NCBI GenBank assembly: GCA_964373045.1
Contig: CAYJSI010000004.1
Coordinates: 194-64,193, forward strand
Direction: 5' to 3'
Source: an uncultured bacterium
GTDB taxonomy: Bacteria; Omnitrophota; Omnitrophia; Omnitrophales; Aquincolibacteriaceae
Length of the DNA: 64,000 nucleotides
This document shows positions 1-9,152 of this stretch, piece by piece. Below the pieces are notes generated by a model. The model was not told the origin of the DNA. It worked only from the letters and a program-made list of their open reading frames with translations, and did no database searches. How positions within the stretch are numbered: position 1 is the stretch's first letter; each line of letters begins with the position of its first letter. A program made the position numbers and the translations under genes.

Positions 1-1623
1 AATGGGGCCCGCATCCTGGAAGGCAGCCCGCATGATCTGGAGCATCTCATCAAAACCGGGGAACTCGAGACGCTCAAGGGGATTGGAAAAGGAAGCATCT
101 CGCACATCCTGCACGAATTTTATGAAAAGGGAAAATCCAAAGACTACGAAAGCCTGAAAAAGGGTTTTCCGGAAACGCTTTTCGATCTCTTCAAAATTCC
201 GGGGCTTGGCGCCAAGCGCATCAAGGCCCTTTATGAAGAGCTCGACATCAAATCGGTGGGCGAATTGGAATATGCCTGCAAGGAAAACAGGCTTCTTGAT
301 CTTGATGGTTTTGGGTTAAAAAGTCAGGAGAAAATTCTTCAAGGGATCGAGCACCTTAAAAAATCGGCCGGGCAATTTCGCATCGATTTTGCCAAGGCTG
401 AGAGCGAAAGAATCGTTTCCTATCTTAGAAAACAAAAGGGAATTACAAAAATCGAAGTCGCGGGCAGTCTTCGCCGGCATAAGGAAATTATTAAAGACAT
501 TGATATTCTGGTGAGCGCCCGGGACCCCAAAAAAATCCATGAGGCCTTCGTGAAATATTCCGAAGCCGAAACCATAGTGGCCCACGGGGATACCAAATCA
601 AGCGTTACCTTAAAAAGCGGCATCAATTGCGATCTTCGCACGGTCTCCGAAAAAGAATTTCCTTTTGCCCTTTATTACTTCACCGGAAGCAAGGAACACA
701 ATGTGGTTGTCCGTACTCTGGCAAAAAAGAAGAATATCAAGGTGAATGAATACGGCCTCTTTAAAGGGAATCGTCCGTTGCCTTGTCAAGACGAAACCGA
801 TATTTTTAAAACCCTCGAGCTTCATTACATTCCTCCCGAAGCGCGCGAAAACATGGGCGAGGTCGAGTGGGCTCGGGAGCGTGAGTTTCCCAAGCTCTTG
901 GAAGAGAAAGACATTCGCGGCGTTTTTCATGTCCATTCTAATTACAGTGACGGCGTGGCGCCGCTTGAGGCTATGATCCGGACGGCAGAGGCAATGGGTT
1001 TGGAGTATGTCGGCATCTCGGACCACAGCCAGTCGGCCAAGTACGCCAAAGGCCTTGAACCCGAAAGGCTTCGGATTCAGTGGAAGGAAATCGATCAGCT
1101 TCAAAAGAAATTCAAGATCTGGATTTTTAAAGGCATTGAGTCCGATATCCTTGGGGACGGGAAATTGGATTATCCGGAAGCGATCCTCGCGCAATTTGAT
1201 TTTGTGATCGGCTCGATCCACAGCCGTTTCAATCTGCCGGAAAAAGAGATGACGGAGCGTATCCTTCGGGCCATGGAAAATAAGCATTTGACCTTTGTGG
1301 GGCATCCTACGGGAAGGTTGATTCTGGCGCGGGCGGGTTATCAAGTGAATCTAGAAAAGCTTCTTTCTTTCGCCAAAAAATCGGGGGTAGTGATGGAGCT
1401 CAATGCCAATCCGCACCGGCTTGATCTGGATTGGCGGGTTTGCCACGGCGCTAAGAAAGACGGCGTGCTTTTTAGCATTAATCCTGACGCCCATTCGATG
1501 GAAGGATTAAAAGACATCACTTACGGTGTGGGCATTGCCCGTAAAGCGTGGCTTGAGAAAAAAGACGTCGTGAATACTATGCCGGTTGCAGAAATCGAAA
1601 AATTTTTAAGGAAACGAAAATGA
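1..1623 (+). CDS. polX: DNA polymerase/3'-5' exonuclease PolX (family X polymerase with C-terminal PHP domain), 5' end truncated by window
   Basis: Frame 1 is open from nt 1. Tandem HhH motifs are present (GIGKGSISHI, IPGLGAKRIKAL, LKSQEKI). The C-terminal PHP signature (HVHSNYSDG ... GISDHS ... SIHS) is present. Confidence 0.8.
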   Translation, partial: NGARILEGSPHDLEHLIKTGELETLKGIGKGSISHILHEFYEKGKSKDYESLKKGFPETLFDLFKIPGLGAKRIKALYEELDIKSVGELEYACKENRLLDLDGFGLKSQEKILQGIEHLKKSAGQFRIDFAKAESERIVSYLRKQKGITKIEVAGSLRRHKEIIKDIDILVSARDPKKIHEAFVKYSEAETIVAHGDTKSSVTLKSGINCDLRTVSEKEFPFALYYFTGSKEHNVVVRTLAKKKNIKVNEYGLFKGNRPLPCQDETDIFKTLELHYIPPEARENMGEVEWAREREFPKLLEEKDIRGVFHVHSNYSDGVAPLEAMIRTAEAMGLEYVGISDHSQSAKYAKGLEPERLRIQWKEIDQLQKKFKIWIFKGIESDILGDGKLDYPEAILAQFDFVIGSIHSRFNLPEKEMTERILRAMENKHLTFVGHPTGRLILARAGYQVNLEKLLSFAKKSGVVMELNANPHRLDLDWRVCHGAKKDGVLFSINPDAHSMEGLKDITYGVGIARKAWLEKKDVVNTMPVAEIEKFLRKRK

Positions 1624-2264
1624 AGGAAACACCCGAACAAAAGAAAAAACGGGTTTTAAAAATTGTCGGGCGGCTGCGCAAGAGCAATCCGAATCCGAAA
1701 TGTGCCTTGGATTTTTCAAACCCTTTGGAGCTTCTGGTGGCGACGATTCTTTCGGCACAGTGTACGGATAAACGGGTGAACCTGGTAACGCCGGCTGTTT
1801 TTAAAAAATATAAGACCGCCCGGGATTATGCCAAGGCAAATCCCAGAGAGTTTGAAGAACTCATCCACTCAACGGGATTTTATAAGAACAAGGCTAAAAG
1901 TATTTTGGGGGCTGCGCGGGAAATCGTGAGGCGTTTTAAGGAGAAAATGCCGGATCGTCTCGAGGATCTTGTCACCCTTCCTGGGGTCGGAAGAAAAACG
2001 GCGAACGTGGTCCTGGGAAATGCCTTCGGGGTGCCTGGGCTCACAGTCGATACGCACATGATCCGCATCAATCGCCTGCTTGGGCTGACCAGAGAAAAGG
2101 ATCCGGTTAAAATCGAGTTCGACCTCATGAAGATCATACCCGAAAAGGAATGGACGGATTACTCGCATCGGATCATCCATCACGGCCGCGTGCGCTGCAT
2201 CGCTAGGCGCCCGGACTGCCCGCACTGCGAAATCAAAGACCTTTGCCCTTCCGCCAAAACCTAA
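1620..2264 (+). CDS. nth: endonuclease III (DNA glycosylase/AP lyase)
   Basis: HhH-GPD motif LPGVGRKTANVVL. C-terminal Cys cluster C-x6-C-x2-C-x5-C for a 4Fe-4S centre. Size fits (214 aa). The start overlaps the PolX stop. Confidence 0.9.
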   Translation: MKETPEQKKKRVLKIVGRLRKSNPNPKCALDFSNPLELLVATILSAQCTDKRVNLVTPAVFKKYKTARDYAKANPREFEELIHSTGFYKNKAKSILGAAREIVRRFKEKMPDRLEDLVTLPGVGRKTANVVLGNAFGVPGLTVDTHMIRINRLLGLTREKDPVKIEFDLMKIIPEKEWTDYSHRIIHHGRVRCIARRPDCPHCEIKDLCPSAKT

Positions 2265-3520
2265 TGAAAACCGCACCGGAAACAACAAGTCTTCTCAAAA
2301 ATCTGGCCCTTGAAATGGGATTTGATGTCGTAGGCGTGACGGTTCCCAAGGCGCTTCGCGAGGGCGAAGAAGCGATTCGCGCCTGGACGGAGGAAAAACG
2401 GCACGGCACCATGAAATATCTGGAGGATTTTGAAGCGCGCAGAAACCGTTTTTATCAAGATTTTCCGGATGCAAAAAGTGTGATTGTGCTCGGAGTGAAT
2501 TATTATTCGAACGAGAGGATAACACGTCATCCTGAGGAGTTTCGCCGCAGGCGAGACGACGAAGGATCTCGAGATTCTTCGTCCCGCAGCAGCGGGACTC
2601 AGAATGACGTTTACGGCCGTGTGGCGAGGTATGCGTGGGGCAAGGACTATCATCAGGTGATCCGGAAGAAGCATGAATTGTTGATTGAAAGGTTGAATGA
2701 AATATTTGTAAGGGCGAGGCAGGCCGTGCCCTTACGATTTCAGTCGTGCGTGGATACCCAGCCCCTCCCTGAGCGATTTGCCGCCAAGCAGGCCGGACTC
2801 GGCTTTATCGGAAAACATACGGGACTTTTAAGCCAAAAATTCGGGCCCTGGCTTTTTCTCTCGGAAATTGTGACCAATCTCGAACTCGAAGAAGATATGC
2901 CCTCTGAAGGAAATTGTGGAACATGCGTTCATTGTCAAAAAATTTGTCCGACCGGTGCGTTAGATGAGGATTACAAAATCGATGCAAAAAAATGCATTGC
3001 CTATCTTACGATCGAACACAAAGGAGTCATTGCGCGCGAGCTTCGTCCCAAGATCAAAAACTGGCTTTTTGGGTGTGACGAGTGCCTTGCGATCTGCCCT
3101 TTTACCTCCAAACAAAAAGAGGGAAGCTGGCCGGAACTCAAGGCCTCGGCCGGCTTCGGGGAATGGATCGATTTAAAAGAACTTTTCGAGATTCCATCCA
3201 ACGCCGCTTACGAACGAAAATTTTTTGGCACAGCGCTCATGCGTGTAAGCCGTAAGCAAATGCTTCGCAATGCCTGCCTTGTGCTCGGCAATATTGGCAG
3301 AGAAAATCCTGTAGGGGCGAGGCAGGCCGTGCCCTTACTTATGAAAGCCCTCAGGGATCCCGCTTCGCTTGTACGGCTTCACGCCGCCTGGGCGCTCGGC
3401 CAGCTTCCCTTTGAGGAGGCCAAAAAGGCCCTCAAGCGACACCAGCCCCTCGAAGAAGACACCGAGGTTTTAAGAGAGATCCGATCTTCTCTCACGCAGG
3501 CGTGCACAGTCATCCCATAA
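2264..3520 (+). CDS. queG: epoxyqueuosine reductase QueG (B12/4Fe-4S), with low-complexity and repeat-derived insertions
   Basis: The ATG overlaps the nth stop (TAATG). Ferredoxin-type motif CGTCVHCQKICPTGAL plus a second Cys cluster. HEAT-like C-terminus (LRDPASLVRLHAAWALGQL). It is longer than typical QueG because of RRRRDDEGSRDSSS and two copies of a 28-nt palindrome. Confidence 0.8.
   Translation: MKTAPETTSLLKNLALEMGFDVVGVTVPKALREGEEAIRAWTEEKRHGTMKYLEDFEARRNRFYQDFPDAKSVIVLGVNYYSNERITRHPEEFRRRRDDEGSRDSSSRSSGTQNDVYGRVARYAWGKDYHQVIRKKHELLIERLNEIFVRARQAVPLRFQSCVDTQPLPERFAAKQAGLGFIGKHTGLLSQKFGPWLFLSEIVTNLELEEDMPSEGNCGTCVHCQKICPTGALDEDYKIDAKKCIAYLTIEHKGVIARELRPKIKNWLFGCDECLAICPFTSKQKEGSWPELKASAGFGEWIDLKELFEIPSNAAYERKFFGTALMRVSRKQMLRNACLVLGNIGRENPVGARQAVPLLMKALRDPASLVRLHAAWALGQLPFEEAKKALKRHQPLEEDTEVLREIRSSLTQACTVIP
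2708..2735. repeat. GTAAGGGCGAGGCAGGCCGTGCCCTTAC hairpin element inside queG (copy 1)
   Basis: The 8-bp inverted repeat GTAAGGGC/GCCCTTAC is read directly. A near-identical copy lies at 3311-3338. It is translated in-frame as RARQAVPL. Confidence 0.7.
3311..3338. repeat. GTAGGGGCGAGGCAGGCCGTGCCCTTAC hairpin element inside queG (copy 2)
   Basis: 27 of 28 nt match 2708-2735. It is translated in-frame as GARQAVPL. Confidence 0.7.
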
Positions 3521-3719
3521 GGCTGTTCCGACTGTTACGTAGGTTATGACTCCGTCAATGCCGCCATTTTTAAAGATTGCCTTGAGATCCGGAATCCGGG
3601 TCTACTTTACGGTGATCTGACGATCGAAAAAATCACAAGCAAAATGGTCTCCGAGCGAATGAAGGGGGGGATTCTTTTGGCATTGAGACGTCAAGGGAAG
3701 AACGATAAAATCTATCCGC

Positions 3720-3752
3720 CCGCAGAAAATGACGAAATTTCCACGGGCAGTA
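3720..3752. repeat. 33-bp direct repeat (copy 1) CCGCAGAAAATGACGAAATTTCCACGGGCAGTA
   Basis: Identical 33-mer at 4204-4236. Each copy is followed by a short GC hairpin. The pair brackets the ORF6N gene. Confidence 0.8.
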
Positions 3753-3794
3753 CTCGCGCATAAGCGCGGGTGCGGTTCAGATTAGGGAATAGAG

Positions 3795-4172
3795 TTAAGA
3801 ATGGAAGCCGATTCGGCGTTTCGGCGGTACCGGAACGTCTGCGGGTGGCTCTAGCAATCGCATGACCTTGCGTAGAACATCCACAATGGCGAGTTCATGG
3901 ACGTCAAGGCGTTGGGTCAACTGCTTTTCCAGCTTTTTCAGCTCCTGTGCGAGTTCTCGGTTATTCGATAACAGGGTCCGCATCTTCACGAAGGCGCGCA
4001 CCACAAACACGCTCATTCGTGCCGCCGTCAGGCTGTTCAATACATTCGCAGCCATCAGGGCGCCTTGTTCCGTAAAGGCGAATGGCCGGAAGCGCGGATC
4101 CCGATGCTTCTTCGAACCGGTCACAAATTGTGACCGGTTCCCCTTGAGTTCCTGCCGGGAAAGCCGGAACAT
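3795..4172 (-). CDS. ORF6N-domain protein (phage/ICE-associated, KilA-N-like)
   Basis: The motif SQFVTGSKKHRDPRFRPFAFTEQGALMAANVLNS matches the conserved ORF6N core (S-Q-x-x-T-S-x-x-H-R-D-P-R-x-x-P-x-A-F-T-E-x-G). It is the only clear minus-strand gene in a + strand block. Confidence 0.6.
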   Translation of the reverse strand: MFRLSRQELKGNRSQFVTGSKKHRDPRFRPFAFTEQGALMAANVLNSLTAARMSVFVVRAFVKMRTLLSNNRELAQELKKLEKQLTQRLDVHELAIVDVLRKVMRLLEPPADVPVPPKRRIGFHS

Positions 4173-4203
4173 AAAATCAAACGGGAACCGGTCTTTGTTC
4201 CGT

Positions 4204-4236
4204 CCGCAGAAAATGACGAAATTTCCACGGGCAGTA
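4204..4236. repeat. 33-bp direct repeat (copy 2)
   Basis: Identical to 3720-3752. Confidence 0.8.
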
Positions 4237-4368
4237 TCAAGCCGCGGGGCTTGAGTATCTTAATAACCTGCTTTTGGAGAATAAACACGCGGTAAGGATG
4301 GAATCATGACCTACCCGGCCCTCGAAGAACTGCTCAGCCACTCATTGTTTCAATGTCCAATATAATAA

Positions 4369-4584
4369 ATGGAGAAAAGAGAAAAACTTATGCCCGGCAG
4401 AAAGACGCAAAATAAAGAAAAGACTTCAAATGGCGCCAACCTCGGATTTGAGGAAAAGCTTTGGAAAACAGCCGATAAACTCCGCAACAATATGGATGCT
4501 GCGGAATACAAGCATGTGGTGCTGGGTCTTATTTTCCTGAAATACATCTCAGATGCCGAGGTCTTAAACGAGATCCCATTCTAG
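4369..4584 (+). pseudogene. hsdM: N-terminal remnant of a type I restriction-modification methyltransferase HsdM
   Basis: [39 protein letters not shown] is the characteristic HsdM N-terminal helix. The ORF stops after 71 aa and nothing HsdM-like follows downstream. Confidence 0.55.
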
Positions 4585-4690
4585 ACAAAACTGTAGGGAA
4601 TATTGTATAGTACGCTCCCCTTAAGAGATGTGGATGGCATTATCCCTCCGCGGCTCACGGAATAGACCTAAGATACGGAGAATGCTGAAG

Positions 4691-5020
4691 ATGAGTAAGG
4701 AGAAAGTTGTTACGGACAGCAGTTTTAAAAGCGAGGTACTGGACTCCAAGACCCCTGTTTTGGTGGATTTTTGGGCGGAGTGGTGCGGCCCCTGCCGCAT
4801 GCTGGCCCCGGTGGTGGCCCGAATTGCCGAAGCCAACGACGGCAAGATCATTGTCGGTAAAATGAATGTGGATGACAATCAGGAAACGCCCCAGCGCTAC
4901 GGCATTCAAGGCATCCCGACCCTTCTTTTCTTCAAAGGCGGGGAGTTGGTTCAGCAAGTGGTGGGATTTCAATCGCAGGAGAATATTCAGCGTATCATTG
5001 ATGACATTATCGGTGCTTAA
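4691..5020 (+). CDS. trxA: thioredoxin
   Basis: WCGPC active site and FKGG motif. 109 aa from the internal ATG (MSKEKVV). The ORF extension upstream is unlikely to be real. Confidence 0.9.
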   Translation: MSKEKVVTDSSFKSEVLDSKTPVLVDFWAEWCGPCRMLAPVVARIAEANDGKIIVGKMNVDDNQETPQRYGIQGIPTLLFFKGGELVQQVVGFQSQENIQRIIDDIIGA

Positions 5021-5789
5021 CCCTAAACCTCTCACTCCTTTACAAGATGGCGCTGTCTACGGCCCCATTCGTTCCAGGCGCCTCGGATCATCGCTTGGAA
5101 TCAATCCGCTTCCCGTCAGTTACAAATTTTGCGATTTTGACTGCGTCTACTGTCAATATGGCTGGACGCCCGAAAAAGGAACGGGGGAAAAGTTAAAACG
5201 AGCTGCCGAACTTCTGGAAGAAATTGAACGCGCCTTTATCCATCACAAGCGGGTCGGAACGCCGGTCGATTGCATTACCATCGCAGGCAACGGCGAACCC
5301 ACCCTTCATCCCGAATTTCTAACATTAGTCGAGGGCCTGCTCAGTTTGCGGGATCAATTTTATCCCAAGGTCAAAATCGGTGTTCTCTCGGACTCCTCGC
5401 AGGCGCACCGGCCCGAAATTAAAGAGGCCCTTGTGATGTTAGATGAGCGTTACATGAAGCTCGATGCCGGCCACCGCGAACTTCACGAAAAAATCAATAA
5501 GCCGCGCGGGAATTTTGATTTTGAGCGCATGGTCAACGCCCTTCACTCGTTCCGTGATATCGTGATCCAAAGCCTCTTTATGCACGGGATTTACGATAAC
5601 ACCCATCGCGAAGACTTGGATCATTGGGTCGAGGTGCTTGGATTTATCCTGCCGCGTGAAGTACAGGTGTATACCGTGGACCGGGGTCCGGCGGATCCCT
5701 CGGTGACGGAAGTGAGCGCGGAAGAATTAAAAAAAATTGCGGAACTTTGTCAATCTATGACGGGAATCCCATCGCTCGTTTTTGAATAA
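5001..5789 (+). CDS. radical SAM protein (function unknown)
   Basis: CDFDCVYCQYG is a CxxxCxxC SAM-cluster motif. The start is uncertain; I take the first ATG, which overlaps the trx 3' end. Confidence 0.65.
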   Translation: MTLSVLNPKPLTPLQDGAVYGPIRSRRLGSSLGINPLPVSYKFCDFDCVYCQYGWTPEKGTGEKLKRAAELLEEIERAFIHHKRVGTPVDCITIAGNGEPTLHPEFLTLVEGLLSLRDQFYPKVKIGVLSDSSQAHRPEIKEALVMLDERYMKLDAGHRELHEKINKPRGNFDFERMVNALHSFRDIVIQSLFMHGIYDNTHREDLDHWVEVLGFILPREVQVYTVDRGPADPSVTEVSAEELKKIAELCQSMTGIPSLVFE

Positions 5790-5802
5790 TTGGAGGATTC
5801 GA

Positions 5803-6852
5803 ATGAATATCACGGAAGGAAAACTTAAGAAACTGGAAGCCTTGTCGGACTCACGCGGTATTATCCGGGCGGCGGCGATGGATCAGCGCGGTTCTTTAAG
5901 GAAGGCCATTGCCAAGGAAAAGGGCGTGGAAGCCAAAGAGGTGACGCGGGCCATGATGGAAGAATTCAAAGTGGCCGTAAGTAAAGTCCTCACACCTCAC
6001 GCAAGCGCCATTCTTCTTGACCCGGAATACGGACTTCCTGCAGCCAAGGCACGAAGCAAAAACGCCGGCCTCTTGCTCGCCTATGAATCGAGCGGCTATG
6101 ACAACACACGCCCGGGGAGAATTCCCGATCTCTTGGAAAATGAGACGGTGCGCACGATTAAAGAGGCGGGCGCGGATGCGATCAAGGTATTGATTTACTA
6201 CACGCCCCTTGATAAAAAAGAAGTGAATGACATCAAGCACGTTTTTACGGAGCGGATCGGCGCCGAATGCGCTGACCGCGATATTCCGTTCTTCCTCGAA
6301 TTTGTCGGCTACGATCCAAACGAAGGGGATGTGAATACGCTCGAATATGCCAAGCGCAAGCCCGAGGTCGTGGCAAAAAGCATGCAGGAATTTTCCAAGC
6401 CGGAGTATCAAGTGGATATCCTCAAGGTTGAAATCCCCATCAATATGAAATTCGTCGAAGGCGCGAAATCCTTTAAAGGGCAGAAGGCCTACACGAAAAA
6501 GGAAGCGATTAAGTATTTTCAGGAAACGGCGAAGGTCACGAAGAAACCCTTCATTTATTTGAGCGCGGGTGTGAGCGACGATGAATTCCGCGAGAGCCTT
6601 GAACTTGCGGCCGAGGCCGGCGTGAAATATAACGGGGTTCTTTGCGGACGCGCAACCTGGAAAGATGGGATACCCGTTTACGCCAGACAAGGTGTCAAGG
6701 CCCTTGAAAGTTGGCTCAAGGATCAGGGTGTTAAAAATATTCAGGCTTTGAACGCGGTGCTCGAGAAAAGCGCAAACCCCTGGTATGACGTCTACGGCGG
6801 GAAAAGCAACGTCAAACCCGTCGCAACAAAACGGCAAGCCGTTGGTGCTTGA
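5803..6852 (+). CDS. class I aldolase of the tagatose-1,6-bisphosphate aldolase (LacD/DeoC-like) family
   Basis: MDQRGSL ... LLDPEYG and the lysine-containing KVEIP region resemble LacD. The ATG at 5803 has an upstream GGAGG. Confidence 0.55.
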   Translation: MNITEGKLKKLEALSDSRGIIRAAAMDQRGSLRKAIAKEKGVEAKEVTRAMMEEFKVAVSKVLTPHASAILLDPEYGLPAAKARSKNAGLLLAYESSGYDNTRPGRIPDLLENETVRTIKEAGADAIKVLIYYTPLDKKEVNDIKHVFTERIGAECADRDIPFFLEFVGYDPNEGDVNTLEYAKRKPEVVAKSMQEFSKPEYQVDILKVEIPINMKFVEGAKSFKGQKAYTKKEAIKYFQETAKVTKKPFIYLSAGVSDDEFRESLELAAEAGVKYNGVLCGRATWKDGIPVYARQGVKALESWLKDQGVKNIQALNAVLEKSANPWYDVYGGKSNVKPVATKRQAVGA

Positions 6853-6855
6853 AAT

Positions 6856-6883
6856 GTAGGGGCGACTCGCGAGTCGCCCGTAC
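6856..6883. repeat. GTAGGGGC-family palindromic element (short form)
   Basis: GTAGGGGCGACTCGCGAGTCGCCCGTAC is a near-perfect hairpin in the spacer before the AKR gene. Confidence 0.7.
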
Positions 6884-6890
6884 TACCGCC

Positions 6891-7859
6891 ATGAAACACC
6901 GCATTCTCGGGAAAACGGGTCTTCGGGTTTCCGAAGTCGGTTTTGGCGCCTGGGCGATCGGGGGAACAAGCTATGGTCCCACCCGCGATGAAGATTCGCT
7001 CGATGCCCTCGAGGCCGCCTGGGAATCCGGGGTTAACTTTTTTGATACGGCCGATACCTACGGCCACGGTCACAGCGAAACTCTTCTCAGCCGTTTCCTA
7101 AAAAATAAACCGCGCCATCAAACCATCATCGCTTCAAAGGTGGGCTGGGATTTTTATCACGGCGCCAGCCGCAAAAATTTCGATCTCACTTATGTGCGTT
7201 TTGCGCTTGAGCAAAGCCTGAAGCGACTTGAACTTGAGACGATCGATCTTTATCAGCTTCACAACCCTTCGATTGAATTGATTAAGCGGGGTGAGCTCGT
7301 CGGCCTGCTTGAGGAGTTCAAAAGGGAAGGGAAGATCCGTTTCATCGGAACGTCCATCCATAGCAAAGACGAGGCCTTTGCCGCGATGGAGGATCCGCGG
7401 GTGGATACGCTTCAACTTGTCTTCAATCTCCTCGATCAGCGTATGGCCGAAGAGGTATTTCCTGAAGCTCAAGCGAAAAATATCGGCCTGATCGTGCGCG
7501 AACCCTTGGCCTTCGGCATGCTTACGGGCAAATACACGGCGGATCACGAGTTTCACAAAATAGATCACAGGCGCCGCTTCATGCGGGAGCAGCTGGAGAA
7601 CGATCTTAAAAAAATTGAAGCCGTCAAAGGTGTTTTATCAACGAAACATTTGCCGCTTGTGCGGGCAGCGCTTGAGTTTATTTTGAATTTTTATTCCCTT
7701 TCCACTGTGATCCCCGGCGCTAAATCAAGGGCTCAAGTGCTGGAGAATGTTCAGGCATCGAATGATCCGAAACTTCGGATGGAGGAATTGCGGCGTTTGA
7801 GGGAACTTTATTTGAAAGAACCGATTTTTCGGGAAATATTAAAATTTAAAATAATGTAG
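6891..7859 (+). CDS. aldo/keto reductase
   Basis: ILGKTGLRVSEVGFGAWAIGG and DTADTYGHGHSE are AKR signatures. Confidence 0.85.
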   Translation: MKHRILGKTGLRVSEVGFGAWAIGGTSYGPTRDEDSLDALEAAWESGVNFFDTADTYGHGHSETLLSRFLKNKPRHQTIIASKVGWDFYHGASRKNFDLTYVRFALEQSLKRLELETIDLYQLHNPSIELIKRGELVGLLEEFKREGKIRFIGTSIHSKDEAFAAMEDPRVDTLQLVFNLLDQRMAEEVFPEAQAKNIGLIVREPLAFGMLTGKYTADHEFHKIDHRRRFMREQLENDLKKIEAVKGVLSTKHLPLVRAALEFILNFYSLSTVIPGAKSRAQVLENVQASNDPKLRMEELRRLRELYLKEPIFREILKFKIM

Positions 7860-7918
7860 GGGCGCACCCGTGTGTGCGCCCTACGGATAGACGGGCAGAT
7901 ACATGGGTCTGCCCCTAC
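7856..7918. repeat. GTAGGGGC-family palindromic element (full two-hairpin form)
   Basis: GTAGGGGCGCACCCGTGTGTGCGCCCTAC followed by GGATAGACGGGCAGATACATGGGTCTGCCCCTAC. The outer ends are inverted (GTAGGGG/CCCCTAC). Confidence 0.75.
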
Positions 7919-7945
7919 AATTCACAACCGAGGTTTTGTCAAAAT

Positions 7946-9142
7946 ATGAAACACATCGTCATTGTTCCGGATGGTTTGGGGGATTGGCCGGTTGCTGAGC
8001 TCGGCAATAAAACACCGCTTGAGGCCGCCCACATTCCTCATCTTCATGCCCTTGCCAAAAAATATATACAGGGGACGCTGCGGACAACCCCTGAAGGGAT
8101 GTATCCGGGAAGCGACGTGTGCGGGCTCAGCCTCATGGGTTATGATCCGAAGGTCTGCTACACCGGCCGCGCACCGCTTGAAGCCGCTAATTTAAGTTTA
8201 GTGCTTGGGCCGGGCGAGCTTGCCTTCCGGACGAATCTTGTGAATGTGGAAAACGGCGTCCTCGCGGACTATAGCGCCGATCATGTAACAACCGAGGAAG
8301 CAGCCATCCTCATCCAGACGATTCAAAAGGAACTCGGGACGAAGGACATTCAGTTTTATCCCGGCAAGATGTACCGGCATATCATGATCTCTAGAAAACC
8401 TCTGACCTTTGACGTGAAGACGGATCAGCCGCATGATTTTCAGGGGGAGCCTTATGCCCAACACTTGCCGCGCGGCAAGGGAGCAGAAATCTTAATCGAT
8501 CTTACGGAAAAATCAAAAGCCGTGCTTGAAAATCACCCCGTCAATATTGAACGGGCAAGACGGGGGAAAAAGAAGGCCAATATGATTTGGTTTTGGGGCG
8601 GCGGCGGCGCGCCCAAGCTTGAGCGATTCGAAAAAAAATTCGGGGTGAAGGGCGGCGTGATTTCTGCCGTCGATCTTTTAAATGGTTTGGGCCGCTATCT
8701 CGGATGGGAAATTATATCGGTTCCCGGCGCCACGGGTTATTTTGACACGGATTACAGGGCGAAAGGGGAGTATGCCGTCAAGGCCCTGGAGCGCCTCGAC
8801 CTTGTGTTTGTGCATATCGAAGCGACGGACGAGGCGGGCCACTTAGGACTCGCCAAAGAAAAAGTGAAGGCCATCGAGGAAATCGACCGCCATGTGGTGG
8901 GCCCTCTCGTCAAACACACAAGCCGGTTAAAAGAGTGGCGCCTTTTCGTGGCCCCCGACCATTACACGCCGACGGCTAAAAAGACCCATGTGGGAGATCC
9001 CGTTCCCTTCATTTTTGCGGGTTCCGATGTGGCACGATCATCCCATTTGCCGTATACTGAAAAGGCCGCCGAGTCGACGGGTATCTATGTGGACCCCGGG
9101 CATGATCTCATGCGCCGGCTGATTCAAGGCTGGAATTATTAG
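7946..9142 (+). CDS. apgM: 2,3-bisphosphoglycerate-independent phosphoglycerate mutase, archaeal type
   Basis: VIVPDGLGD and HIEATDEAGH are metalloenzyme-superfamily motifs. Overall length and layout fit ApgM. Confidence 0.8.
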   Translation: MKHIVIVPDGLGDWPVAELGNKTPLEAAHIPHLHALAKKYIQGTLRTTPEGMYPGSDVCGLSLMGYDPKVCYTGRAPLEAANLSLVLGPGELAFRTNLVNVENGVLADYSADHVTTEEAAILIQTIQKELGTKDIQFYPGKMYRHIMISRKPLTFDVKTDQPHDFQGEPYAQHLPRGKGAEILIDLTEKSKAVLENHPVNIERARRGKKKANMIWFWGGGGAPKLERFEKKFGVKGGVISAVDLLNGLGRYLGWEIISVPGATGYFDTDYRAKGEYAVKALERLDLVFVHIEATDEAGHLGLAKEKVKAIEEIDRHVVGPLVKHTSRLKEWRLFVAPDHYTPTAKKTHVGDPVPFIFAGSDVARSSHLPYTEKAAESTGIYVDPGHDLMRRLIQGWNY

Positions 9143-9152
9143 GAGGATCTCA

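Noticed and set aside
610-1344. Long minus-strand ORFs antisense to PolX and other genes (610-1344, 5896-6837, 56436-57491, 57564-58190, 44106-45686, 60451-61254 and similar)
   Set aside because: They lie entirely inside well-supported + strand genes with strong motif evidence. They have no recognisable domains and an Arg/Gly/His-rich composition typical of shadow ORFs in GC-rich DNA.
4866-5001. Long N-terminal extension of the radical SAM ORF (start at 4866) overlapping trxA by 155 nt
   Set aside because: The extension has no SAM-domain content and would overlap a well-supported thioredoxin gene. An internal ATG near 5001 is more plausible, though the start is still uncertain.
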